This document shows, piece after piece, positions 9,260 to 19,470 of a DNA stretch of 45,613 bases. The position numbers and the translations under genes were made by a program. The stretch's first letter is position 1; every line of letters starts with the position of its first letter. Source of the DNA: Chitinophaga pinensis (GTDB lineage: Bacteria; Bacteroidota; Bacteroidia; Chitinophagales; Chitinophagaceae); assembly GCA_943371455.1 (NCBI GenBank), contig CALRUV010000001.1, forward strand, positions 1 through 45,613, written 5' to 3'. The notes under the pieces are model-generated. The model had not been told where the DNA came from. It worked only from the letters and a program-made list of their open reading frames with translations, and ran no database searches.

Positions 9260-9421
9260 AACTCAGCTAAATTTAGCTTCCATCAATTGAGGCGGTGCAG
9301 ATGTGTATTATCCAACTGCTAAAAGCCTTGACATTTGTATGCTACAACAAATAATTTTTATTTATGACACAAGGTAACAACAACCCATCACAAAAAACAG
9401 ATAGGCTAATCTATAAAAAAG

Positions 9422-9610
9422 GTGAAATTCATGCTGCACAAATTATTAGACGGATTTGAAGGCAAACTCAATAAATCCAAATGGGCCAAGATGACCAAAA
9501 CATCCCCCGATACAGCCTTAAGAGATATACAGGACTTTATGAATAAAAAAGTATTAGTGCAAGAAGTTGGAGGTGGTAGGAGAACGAGTTATTGCTTGAG
9601 GGAGGAATAA
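9422..9610 (+). pseudogene. C-terminal wHTH fragment of a Fic-family protein
   Basis: KLLDGFEGKLNKSKWAKMTKTSPDTALRDIQD...GGGRRTSY resembles the Fic/DUF4172-type C-terminus. No Fic catalytic domain is present. Confidence 0.7.
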
Positions 9611-9820
9611 TACTGAGATTGTTTAAAACAGAATCTATGAATAATATAGTATAAGTTTCATATTTCGCAACCGGAGAAACCTGAGGATTACGAATGGTTT
9701 GTAAGCGATAGGAATCATAGGGTTTGAGTTTTCTCTTCCAAATTTTTCGCAGAACTATGATAATATTTCTCTTCAGGAAAAAATATCTGTTTCAGTGGTA
9801 TGGTTTTATCCGGAACACAT

Positions 9821-10408
9821 TTAGATGAAGATTTCTGTTTTTTGTTTAGGTAGTTTTATTAGCTTATCGTACATAAGTGTTTCAATGTCTTTTTTTTCAA
9901 CACCATATCTACGCAAAGAAACCTCAATCTTTCTAACCTCAATATCTAACCTTCTAATTGAAGTAATTATATAGCCATCAATATTATTAAATATCATTTC
10001 TTCAATACCATAATTACCTGATAAGTATAATTTTAGAACATCTAAATATGTATAATTTATGGGCAACAGTAACGATTTATTTGAATCCCCATCTTCAATG
10101 TTACTTGTAATAATATTGAAAATTAAGCCTCTTAATTTTAATTCTTTAGGTAGTACTATAAAAATCAACTTTGCATCTTTCTCTGATTTAACTACATCCG
10201 TAAAATACCATAGTGGTATTGTAAATTTTATTTTGCCTGTTACAACTGCATCAACACTCATTTCAATACCTGATATTTTAAGTAATATGAAATTATTCAA
10301 TACAGTAACCTCTAGCGTGCTTTGAAATTTTTTTGCTGACTTTTCAACTTTATTTATTTGAATCAAAGCCGCTAATAGTTTTCTTCGTGAAACTGTAAAT
10401 TGTGTCAT
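9821..10408 (-). CDS. Hypothetical protein
   Basis: 195-aa ORF, co-oriented with the upstream operon; no motif recognised. Confidence 0.6.
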   Translation of the reverse strand: MTQFTVSRRKLLAALIQINKVEKSAKKFQSTLEVTVLNNFILLKISGIEMSVDAVVTGKIKFTIPLWYFTDVVKSEKDAKLIFIVLPKELKLRGLIFNIITSNIEDGDSNKSLLLPINYTYLDVLKLYLSGNYGIEEMIFNNIDGYIITSIRRLDIEVRKIEVSLRRYGVEKKDIETLMYDKLIKLPKQKTEIFI

Positions 10409-10435
10409 TCTAGTTAATTTTCTTTTAAGAAACTT

Positions 10436-10612
10436 TTATTTTATTCCCCAGCTTACTAAATAAAAGCCCAATTGTAATGCGTGATTATCATCTGGCGTTT
10501 TTTGTGAAAAAACCTTTAGAAAGTTATCCCAGGATTTATATTTATGAAATCTATCTTGAATGATAGCATCAATATATTTCCGGGTATTTATAGTTTCGAT
10601 TTTCGCACTCAT
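10436..10612 (-). pseudogene. 58-aa truncated ORF, probable N-terminal remnant of a conserved hypothetical gene
   Basis: Hand translation: MSAKIETINTRKYIDAIIQDRFHKYKSWDNFLKVFSQKTPDDNHALQLGFYLVSWGIK*. It resembles a recalled HRYxSW...LxFYLASWGM family. Too short for the ORF track. Confidence 0.45.
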
Positions 10613-10641
10613 TGGCTTTTTATCTCTTGCGTCTTTAGTAA

Positions 10642-11112
10642 CTACAATAAATAATTAACTTCTTTTTTCGAAAACTCATTAACTAGTTTTTCCAAATTAC
10701 CACTTGGGCTGCTATAGCCTATAGTTATTTTTTCGGCCAATTCGATCATCATTCTGTTCCTCACTATTCCGGTTTGTTCTGTTACCCTTTTAATCGATTC
10801 ATCAAAAGGAGTAATAATTAACAAGCGGCCTTTATTTAGTGGTTCATGAAATTCAGGCTCAATTTTTTGCTTTAGCCCTCTTGCCAGTGCAACAATTATA
10901 GGCTGGTTCCCTTTTAAAAGGTAATGTAATACGTCCTTTTCTAACTTGCTATGAAAGCCACTAATTACACAAACGCCCGCTTCTCTTTGTTCAATTGCCC
11001 AATCGTAACATTTCAGCACAACATTTGCCGGTACCTTCCTACTGCACAAAAAGGATGTTTTTGAAAGCATTAGCACTTCTTTATTACCTAAAATCGCTTT
11101 TATGACCTTCAT
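10642..11112 (-). CDS. Short DprA/SMF-like (SLOG superfamily) protein
   Basis: FLCSRK, VISGFHS..EKD, IIVALARGL and RNRMMIELA match a DprA-type Rossmann core. Confidence 0.7.
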   Translation of the reverse strand: MKVIKAILGNKEVLMLSKTSFLCSRKVPANVVLKCYDWAIEQREAGVCVISGFHSKLEKDVLHYLLKGNQPIIVALARGLKQKIEPEFHEPLNKGRLLIITPFDESIKRVTEQTGIVRNRMMIELAEKITIGYSSPSGNLEKLVNEFSKKEVNYLL

Positions 11113-11163
11113 AAACCTTTCAAGCTTTTGTCGATGTTTCGGCTTTTTTTGAACATTATTTGT

Positions 11164-11259
11164 AATATGGACAGTTTTGTCTAGTTAATGTCCAGGTTTT
11201 GTGGTTTTCGGGACTAATAAATCACCAATATGGACAGTTTTGTCCAGTTTGCTGTCCAG
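11164..11259. promoter_or_regulatory. Duplicated palindrome TGGACA-GTTT-TGTCYA with extra TGTCCAG half-sites (candidate operator)
   Basis: AATATGGACAGTTTTGTC occurs at 11164 and 11227 (63 bp apart); each is followed by a further TGTCCAG. Confidence 0.55.
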
Positions 11260-11260
11260 T

Positions 11261-12775
11261 TTAAACTTTTGTGACAAAATGAAATCGTTTTGATGGCCCG
11301 CCTCCACTGGTACGTATAAGACCAAGTTCAACAAATTTTGATAGATGCCTTTGAGCTTTTTTGTCATTAAAATAGAAATGATGAGCATAATCCGGCTTCG
11401 AAACAGTTTGCTTGTCCCTAATATAAAACAAACCTATTTTTTCTTCTTCATTCAGCTGGGACAGCACATCTTTCGCTAAGATATTACCCATGAAAGATTT
11501 TGAGCGTGGGAATGTAATTGTAAGATATGGGTCTTCCCATGTAACTGAGGGAAGTGGCAACCGATAAGTATCTGGTAAAGATTTCATCTCGTCCATACCC
11601 ATACCTCTTTCTTCAACAAAATCCATTGCGTTAAAAACTGCCATAAGTTTTGGATTTCGACTAAGTGATGGCGCTTTAAATTGTTGAAAATCTTCAAATC
11701 TTATTGGCTTGACTGGCAAGCCGGGGCTTTTAATTACAATATTATCGTCATCAATATTCAAATAAATCTTAGCTCCTTCTATATCATAATCCCTGTGCAC
11801 AATAGCATTAATAATTGCTTCTCTCAAAACTCTTATCGGATAATCATAAGTTACTTCACGAGCAAAGTTTTCTCTTGATATAGTAGATGAAAGGACTTTC
11901 TTCAACCAACTTTCTACCTGCTCGGGTAACAGAACTAAGGCATCATCAAAGTCTTGAATTTCTGGTTCAGCCTTGCCATAACGTGCCTGTACTTTAAGTA
12001 CAGCTTGAGGATAACGAACTCTAGGCTCTTTACCAAAAAGTAAAATACCTAATCCTGTTGGTCGTAATTCATTGTCTGAATCTAATTCTATTAGTTGTCG
12101 TTGTAATAAATGAGCCAAAAATTCTTTACTATTTGGCGCAAGGTTTAAACCAGCACGATTGATATAAAAATTTAGAGCATTATCAGACAATTCCGAAAGA
12201 CTTGATGTAGAAATCTTTTTTTCTAGTGGCGATAATTCAACTTCTTTCGGTTTCTTTATTTCCTGTGCCCTTACTTTTGCCTGCTCAAGGAACTCTTTGT
12301 TTTCATCAAATATTATTTCTTGAAATTCGTGATCAAACATTTCAACGTCAATACCCGCATCCATCAAGTATTTGATACCTTTTCGATCTACTGTTGGGTC
12401 AGGATCTTCAATACCAATCCAAATTTTAGAAATACGTGCATTCACAATCCTTTCTGCACAGCCCAGTTTAGGGTGCTTTCTTGAACCTGGTGCACATGGT
12501 TCTAATGTGGCAAACAAATAATTACCAGTAACGTTTTGAGCCCTGAACTTTCTATCCAGTAAAGTATACTCAGCATGATCTCCCTCTCTTTGTTCACCTC
12601 TATGTGCGGCGCCTAAAACTTCCCCTCTCGGAGAAACTAAAACAGCTCCAACTTTAGGACTGGCTTTGCCATCTCCTCTTTTTTCTGCTACCGATTTTTT
12701 CATTTCTTCAATAGCAATTTGCATAAAAACTTTAGGTTCAAATACCTGATTTCCTTTTACCATATTTTTAAACAA
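11261..12775 (-). CDS. Fusion protein: RibD-like Zn deaminase + HATPase_c_4 (RecG-C-like/GHKL-like) domain + wHTH
   Basis: PKVGAVLV, HAE, TLEPC-x11-C and EDPDP (deaminase). LREAIINAIVHRDY, SPG, SRNPKL and EERGMG (HATPase_c_4). AQRHLSKFVELGLI..SGGG (wHTH). True start may be the ATG at 12763. Confidence 0.8.
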   Translation of the reverse strand: MFKNMVKGNQVFEPKVFMQIAIEEMKKSVAEKRGDGKASPKVGAVLVSPRGEVLGAAHRGEQREGDHAEYTLLDRKFRAQNVTGNYLFATLEPCAPGSRKHPKLGCAERIVNARISKIWIGIEDPDPTVDRKGIKYLMDAGIDVEMFDHEFQEIIFDENKEFLEQAKVRAQEIKKPKEVELSPLEKKISTSSLSELSDNALNFYINRAGLNLAPNSKEFLAHLLQRQLIELDSDNELRPTGLGILLFGKEPRVRYPQAVLKVQARYGKAEPEIQDFDDALVLLPEQVESWLKKVLSSTISRENFAREVTYDYPIRVLREAIINAIVHRDYDIEGAKIYLNIDDDNIVIKSPGLPVKPIRFEDFQQFKAPSLSRNPKLMAVFNAMDFVEERGMGMDEMKSLPDTYRLPLPSVTWEDPYLTITFPRSKSFMGNILAKDVLSQLNEEEKIGLFYIRDKQTVSKPDYAHHFYFNDKKAQRHLSKFVELGLIRTSGGGPSKRFHFVTKV

Positions 12776-15700
12776 TTAATCTTCAACATCTATATTACTC
12801 ATTCGGTATTTAATATCATAATTTATAATAAAATCTATTTCATCATTTGTAAGACCATATTCTGCAGCTAATACTTTGTCTATTTCGTCCATAGTTGCTT
12901 TTGATAAATATTTATTATATGTAATTGTTTCATTACTTCCTCGAGTTTTACTATTAATTACATATGTTGTTGCATTTTTCATTAATTCTTTTTCGAGCTT
13001 GTTAGAAAGCTCAATAAGCTTCTTCTCTATGATTTTATCTTCAGGATAATTGAATCGAAAGGCAAATAACATGTAGTCCTTAAAATTAAACTGATCGAAA
13101 TTTATAGTATAATACCACCAAAATAAATTTGAATTTAATACAGCAGAAATAACCTTAGAATTATATTTCTTATTAAATGTTGCAGACTTGTTACTTAATG
13201 AATTTGTTTCAAATGCCGTATTTAAAATAGTAACCCAATAACCACCACCTGCAGTTCTATAATATATTTTGTTGTCTTTTGTAAAACCATTTTGTAAATA
13301 ATTAGCGATTTCTTTATGTTTAAGGAATTTACTCAAAATTGAACTTTCTAAAGATGAGCCTATTTTAAGTAAATGCTTTTGGTTTGATTAATTTGCATTT
13401 GTATAAATAAGTGTAGGAAATAAATTAGGCCTTGTATCTGTTTTCCATCTATAAACTCTAGTAGAATAACTAGCTTTCGTTCTCGCACCTTTAGGAATAA
13501 TAAAAATCGAAAGTCGTTGTAACACACCTTCAAATAAAGCAGCAGGTCTTTGGTGAAAGTTTGAAACAAAAGTTAAAGGGTTCTTTTTAAAATATGTTTG
13601 AAGAGTTTCCATACTAGCATTTGAAAAAGCGCTTATAGGAATAATCATTCCCATAAATCCATTACTATGTAGAATATTATTAGATCGCTCTATCACGTAT
13701 CCATAAAGATTTCCGCATTTCTCAGTACTATAATTTTTTAATGTGTATAAATTTCGAATTTTAGAATATTCAACATATGGCGGGTTTCCAATTATTACGT
13801 CGAATCCTTTTCTATCATGAATAATTTCATAAAATTCAGCAAACCAATGGAAAGGCTGATGTGAATCTAACCAAGTTTCAATCTCTAACCCTTCTGATTG
13901 TTTATGTAAAAGCTTGTTTAATTCAGTATTTAATTCTTTTAGACGATTATTCAATGTTTCTTTCGCAATTTTAAATTCTTTGTAATCGTCACCATAAGAA
14001 AGTTGAATTTCTTTATATCGTTTAAAAGCTGTGGCTACTATATCACACTTTTCCTCAATAATTGGTTTAGCTTTAGCGCCATCAAGAGTGTAGGTAAGTC
14101 CTTTTATTAATTCTTCATCTGTGGCAAAACCAATTAAAGTGTTTCCAGCACGTATATTAAAATCTATATCAGGCAATGGTTCTACACCAAGATTAGTTTT
14201 TCGATAATCTACCTCAACTGTTGCCACCAATTTTAAAAATAAACGAAGCTTAGCAATTTCAACCGCTTCTTTCATTATATCAACCCCATAAAGATTATTT
14301 AGAATAATACTCTTATAAATAAAATACTCTGTGTTAGGATGTTGTTCACTTTGTATATTTTCAAGTACTTCCCTAAAAAAATTGTATTTATTATTAAACT
14401 TTTTAAGTTGCTGTTCGTTGGCCCTGTCTTCGTCTTCGGTAAACCCTCTCATTCTAGTAATACAAGCAAAATATAAAGGCTCTAAAATCTTCATTGCTGC
14501 AAACAAGAAAGCTCCTGAACCGCATGTAGGATCAATAATAGTAACCTTACTTAGTGTTTTGAAAAAGGCTTTTAAAAAATCTGGATCATTTGTATTTGAA
14601 ATAACATCTTGTGCAAATTCAGTTATATTTAGATTGTATGTAATAAAGTCCTTTATATTATTTATTCCTCCGTTCTTTATTTTTTTGGCTACATCCTCAT
14701 ATCGATTTCTCCTTTCAATTACTTCACGCCATATTTCTGTGGGCAACGATAGTTGAGCTAAAGCAGACTTGTTCCAGTCTTCTCTCTTTGCAACATCTTT
14801 GATACCCACAGTAATATTCTCAGGTATATGCTTATCTATACCAAACTTCACCGCTGGATAAATGTATGTGTCATCACTTTGTAAAAAATTTGCCCAAATT
14901 TCACCGTCTGGCGCAAAGGCTTTAGAATATTGTTTTGCCGTTTCATCAAAAAGCCATGGTATGATACAGTTTTTGCTAATATAATCCGTGATATCTTCTT
15001 TTGTATAGTAGGCGCCCATTTGTGCCCTGTCATTAATATATTTTTCGAAGATGTACCCAATTACATCCGGATTAATTTCTCTGCCTGTTGACTCTTGGCG
15101 TGTATCTAAATGCCATTCATACTCATCAAAAAAGTTAAATATTTTCTCAAACGCTTTATCGTTAATATTAATTTTTTGATACGTTTTTTCTAATTCGTGT
15201 TCATCAAACAGCCCTCCGTTTAAATATGGAATAATTCCAATTTCATCTTGAATTTTTTTTCTTCTTTCTGGTTCGTTTAGTCCTTCATGAAAAAGAACCA
15301 AAAGAAAATTTCTATAAAAAGAATAGAATTTATCTTTCCCTTTCTTCTCATTACATTCCTTTAATTTGTCCCTCAGGTAGTTTTTGTTTTTATTCAAGAA
15401 ACCTTTCTTCTGGATAAAATAACAGAACATAAGCCTATTAAGCATCAAGGAAACATACCATTGTTTTGCTTTGTTCTCCAATTCCTCCTCGCCCTTTTTC
15501 CTTTTATTATTCCACTCATCAATATGATCATCAATACCTTCAATGAATGAATAGAATGAGAGATGTTCTTTTGTAAAACGTTCATAAAACTGTTTTGTAA
15601 TACGTTCTGCATTTTGATGAAAATTGTCAGTTACTCTTGTAGTTACATCAACTATTGTTATTTTTTCTTCTTCATCTATTTCAAAAAATAAACCAGATGC

Positions 15701-16090
15701 TCTTTGAAATAATAACTCAGGATCCTGGCTTAGAGCATATCTTGTTTCTGTAACTTTAGCAGGCTTCCCGGTTTGCCTCATCACTAATTGCCAAACCTGC
15801 TCTTTCATTTTATCGTCTGTAAATATGATAAGATGCTCCTGAAAGAGTTTTGTAACTTTGGTTTCTATTTTTTTTCTAATATTATAATCAGGAATTAACC
15901 CATGTCTATCCGGTTCGCACACTAAGATTTTAAAGCCGCTTTTAACAGCAACACTTTTTAGGATAAATGTTTCATCATCAACAACAATTGGTTGGTTGGT
16001 TTTGTCATTGTTCCATCCCATATCGTTGAACAAATCTCTAAATTTGAACTCGCGGATATATTGTACGAATTGCTTTTTGTTTATTCCCAT
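12776..16090 (-). pseudogene. Large N6-adenine DNA methyltransferase (Eco57I/type IIG-like), about 1104 codons, split by one in-frame TAA at 13388-13390
   Basis: IIDPTCGSGAF, LYGVDI, GNPPY and PYLNGGLF motifs. After the TAA the frame continues SNQKHLLKIGSSLESSI into the 186-aa ORF ending FIINYDIKYRM. Confidence 0.85.
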
Positions 16091-16092
16091 AA

Positions 16093-19000
16093 TCAGTTAG
16101 TGATGTTTGATAAACCTAATGAGCAAATAATTTGAGGCTCTTTGTTAGGTTGTTCGTCTTCATTTATAATTGCTAGTTTATCTTCTTCTCTAAGTGAGAT
16201 AACTAGAGAAGCAAGTTGATCATCGCTTATTCCAGATTTTAACTGTCTGTTCAATGTTTCTCTAGCATATTCTTTCAGTGGATATTTATAAATATCATCA
16301 ATTGCTTTTTTAAGTTGATCATTTACAAACAAAGTGTTTTCATATTCTTTACAGTATCTGTCTAGTCGAATATATACACGATACTTAACTCCTGTTTTTT
16401 TGCCTAAAGACCCCCCTATATTTTTTTCTTCTTCTTTAATAAAGTCTATACCTTTTTTAACAAGTTCATGATGCTTTTCAAGTTTTCTATTGGCTTTAGC
16501 ACCTGGTAAACAATGTGCGGCTCTTAGAATGGTGTACTGCGATTGTGTTATGATAGACCCTTTCATATTAACCCATGTCAGCACATCATTTTCATCTGAT
16601 GTACGCGTATAGACAATTACGCCTTCCTTCTCTGAATCTTCTTCATTCCGTTTGGTGGCATAGATAACATTTGGTAGGTCGGGAATAATTTTATTCAAAT
16701 CTGGATTCGCATCTATTGCGTTTTTCCAAATTTGATATGCGTATGACGCTAGATCAACTTCCGAGTCGTCATCCTCGCCATCTAGGATTCCTGATTTTTC
16801 ATTGTATAGGTCGGCAAGGTTTACAGGATCGCCATCGAAAAATGTTTCATCACTACCTACGACGTTTGCATTTTCTTCGATTCGTTGTGTTAATCTTGTT
16901 CTTAAATTAATAACAGACTCAATACCATCTTCAGGCAAAAACGAATAGCATAAGATTTTCTCGGCTTTTTGTCCTATTCTATCTACACGTCCAGCTCTTT
17001 GTATCAACCGAATAATAGCCCATGGGAGGTCATAGTTTATTACTATGTGTGAATCTTGAAGGTTTTGACCTTCGCTTAGAACATCAGTTGTTATTAAAAT
17101 TCGTAATTCCTGATTTAATTGATTTATCTGTGGCTTTTGATTACTAATTGGACTAAATCTATGTGCTAACCCTGTTGGATTCTCGTTTTCACCAGTTACA
17201 CTTTCAATTTTTTCAATTCCTCTTTTCTTAAGTTGATCTGTCAAATAATATGCGGTATCTGCAAATTGTGTGAAAACCAATACTTTTTCTTTACTGTGTG
17301 TATCTGTAAGTAATTTGTATAATGCATTTAGTTGTCTGTCTTCATCTGGATTCCAAACTTTCCCGATTTTTAATATTTTAATAATCTCATTACAATCAGA
17401 AACAAGTTTGGTCCTTAGGGCTAAAGCAAAAAACTCGCTGCGAATCCATTCAAATCGTTTTTTGTTATTGTCTGTTGAATATAATTCATATAGCGCTTTC
17501 GCTTTTTCAAGATATTTCGATTCTTCAAGAATTAGTTTCATTTGATTCTCAGGTAAACCATCATTGTCAGTATCATTGTCCTCCAAATATTCGTCCAAAT
17601 TTTGAGAAATATTTTTACCTATTGGAACAGGAAGTTGATTTTGTAAAGCATATACAAAAACATAGTTTCTTAAAACATGACGGCTTAGAGATAAAAGAAA
17701 TGAATATCCGCTGCTTTCAAGCCTTTTGAACAAGTTTGTTCTGCAGAACCCCATTAAACGTTTCCCTGCTCGGCTCAAATTTGCCATTAATACCTCTTCT
17801 GCTTTTGTTGCTCTAATTACAGGGTGATCATTCAGAAACTTTTGCAAGCCATATCTGGCCAGTTCAAGGCCGTTTATTATATCAACTATTCTTGGAGAGT
17901 ATAGTTTTGCATATTGGTCTTTCGGGTCTTTTGGATCAAATGCGTATTCAACTCTTTTGGGTATTCTTTCTGGAAAGTAAGAACGTGTTCCGTCAGCAAA
18001 TGTTAAATATTTACGAGCATTTGTATTATCAGACTCTGCATAATTATTTTTTATAAAACTTCTTGTTCTCCTAACTAGATATAGTCTCATCAATTCTCTC
18101 CAATCATCTGCCAACGTGCTTTTCTCAAAAGCTTTTATGCTTCGAATAAAGGTTTCTGTATGTTGAGAGTTGAACTGAATTGCTCCCCCAATACTTTCAA
18201 TATACCTTTCAGGGCTTATTCCTAAATCCTTATCATCAGAAATAAAGAGACGAAGTTGATTTGATAAATCAAGATAGGTCTTATTATATGGTGTTGCCGA
18301 AAGAAGTATTACTTTACTTTCGTTCTCTTCCAGATAAGATTTAATAGCCCGGTACCTGCTACCTTGATCGTTTCTTAAATTATGGCTTTCGTCAATTATA
18401 ACTAGTCGATATCGACGAAGGTTAGGTAAAATTGTTTGTACCTGACTTTGTGATATAACTTTCGTCGATGTTAGTTTGTAGTCATGTGCATATCCCTCCC
18501 ACATTTCTACAAGATTTTTTGGACAAATTATTAAAGTTTCTAAAAAAAAATCGTCTTGAAACATTTTTGCCAAAGCTGTTGCTGTTATTGTTTTACCCAA
18601 CCCCACAACATCGCCAATTAAAACGCCATCTCTTTTATGTAAATGGTGTGCTGCAACCTGAACAGCTCTTTGTTGAAACAGCAAAAGCTCTTTCTCGAAT
18701 ATTTTAGGAAGCTTGAATTCATTTATACCAGCCCTTGCCTCACTAGATAAATGGTATGCTATTTTTATATAAATATGAAAAGGTGATATTAACTTTTCTG
18801 CTGCCCATGAATTGTCAATAATTTCTATTAATTCTTCGGTTATGTCTAAACACCACCGATCTTTCCAGCGATCGTCAAACCAAATAGCCAATTTTTTTGA
18901 CGCATCCTGATCCATTACATCAATATTAAGCTCACCTTGTTTTGCAAGTCCAGCTAGTGTTAAGTTGCTACTACCCAGAAACCCAACAACAGGAACCCTT

Positions 19001-19470
19001 TTGTCATCACTATAAGCTAAATACAATTTGGCATGAAGAGTATAACGCAAATGAAGTTTTACTGTTACTTTTTTATATTTCATCTGCTGACTTAGCTTTC
19101 TTAATGCTTTTTCATCTGCTTCGGTAGGAACTCCAATAGTAAGTTGATCTTTAAACTCTTGAGCAAGCTTCTTTTTTAATTTTACTGCTTCTGCCTGATC
19201 AAATACGTATTCATCGTCTTTATAGAAATAATCTCTTAAGGTATCAATTGGTAATTTTTGCATGCCAACAAGAAGCCTGCAAGTTCTATGAATTGCAAAA
19301 TCACCTTCTTCAACCATGTCTCCAGACATTTTCTCAACCTTATCTGCAACTTCTTTCCACCCTCTAAGATTAAAATACCCTACACAAAAATCCGATCTTT
19401 TAGAAAGGTCTAAGGTTTCGTTTAATCCTAAAGTGAGGTGATTTTCAATATTATCGTAAATCTTAGGCAT
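16093..19470 (-). CDS. PLD-nuclease / SNF2-type SF2 helicase fusion (restriction-like partner of the methyltransferase)
   Basis: HAKLY...GSSNLT...GELN (PLD/HKD). DVVGLGKT, IIDESHN, LLSATP, VFTQFADT, SEGQNLQ and QRAGRVDRIGQ (SNF2-like). Confidence 0.9.
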   Translation of the reverse strand: MPKIYDNIENHLTLGLNETLDLSKRSDFCVGYFNLRGWKEVADKVEKMSGDMVEEGDFAIHRTCRLLVGMQKLPIDTLRDYFYKDDEYVFDQAEAVKLKKKLAQEFKDQLTIGVPTEADEKALRKLSQQMKYKKVTVKLHLRYTLHAKLYLAYSDDKRVPVVGFLGSSNLTLAGLAKQGELNIDVMDQDASKKLAIWFDDRWKDRWCLDITEELIEIIDNSWAAEKLISPFHIYIKIAYHLSSEARAGINEFKLPKIFEKELLLFQQRAVQVAAHHLHKRDGVLIGDVVGLGKTITATALAKMFQDDFFLETLIICPKNLVEMWEGYAHDYKLTSTKVISQSQVQTILPNLRRYRLVIIDESHNLRNDQGSRYRAIKSYLEENESKVILLSATPYNKTYLDLSNQLRLFISDDKDLGISPERYIESIGGAIQFNSQHTETFIRSIKAFEKSTLADDWRELMRLYLVRRTRSFIKNNYAESDNTNARKYLTFADGTRSYFPERIPKRVEYAFDPKDPKDQYAKLYSPRIVDIINGLELARYGLQKFLNDHPVIRATKAEEVLMANLSRAGKRLMGFCRTNLFKRLESSGYSFLLSLSRHVLRNYVFVYALQNQLPVPIGKNISQNLDEYLEDNDTDNDGLPENQMKLILEESKYLEKAKALYELYSTDNNKKRFEWIRSEFFALALRTKLVSDCNEIIKILKIGKVWNPDEDRQLNALYKLLTDTHSKEKVLVFTQFADTAYYLTDQLKKRGIEKIESVTGENENPTGLAHRFSPISNQKPQINQLNQELRILITTDVLSEGQNLQDSHIVINYDLPWAIIRLIQRAGRVDRIGQKAEKILCYSFLPEDGIESVINLRTRLTQRIEENANVVGSDETFFDGDPVNLADLYNEKSGILDGEDDDSEVDLASYAYQIWKNAIDANPDLNKIIPDLPNVIYATKRNEEDSEKEGVIVYTRTSDENDVLTWVNMKGSIITQSQYTILRAAHCLPGAKANRKLEKHHELVKKGIDFIKEEEKNIGGSLGKKTGVKYRVYIRLDRYCKEYENTLFVNDQLKKAIDDIYKYPLKEYARETLNRQLKSGISDDQLASLVISLREEDKLAIINEDEQPNKEPQIICSLGLSNITN

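Noticed and set aside
9665-9730. Second degenerate tRNA-derived att site (CCGGAGAAACCTGAGGATTACGAA...)
   Set aside because: Resemblance to a reversed tRNA 3' end is too weak and there is no intact TTCGA loop.
11261-12775. Housekeeping ribD or recG
   Set aside because: There is no reductase domain, no rib operon and no SF2 helicase motifs; only the deaminase and HATPase_c_4/wHTH parts are present.
13337-13569. Programmed frameshift, or genome-wide TAA recoding, in the MTase
   Set aside because: The two parts are in the same frame, so no shift is needed. TAA terminates many normal genes in this window. The 69-aa overlapping ORF looks spurious.
12776-19470. Complete DISARM or BREX system
   Set aside because: No DrmA/DrmB (DUF1998), PglZ or BrxC genes are visible.
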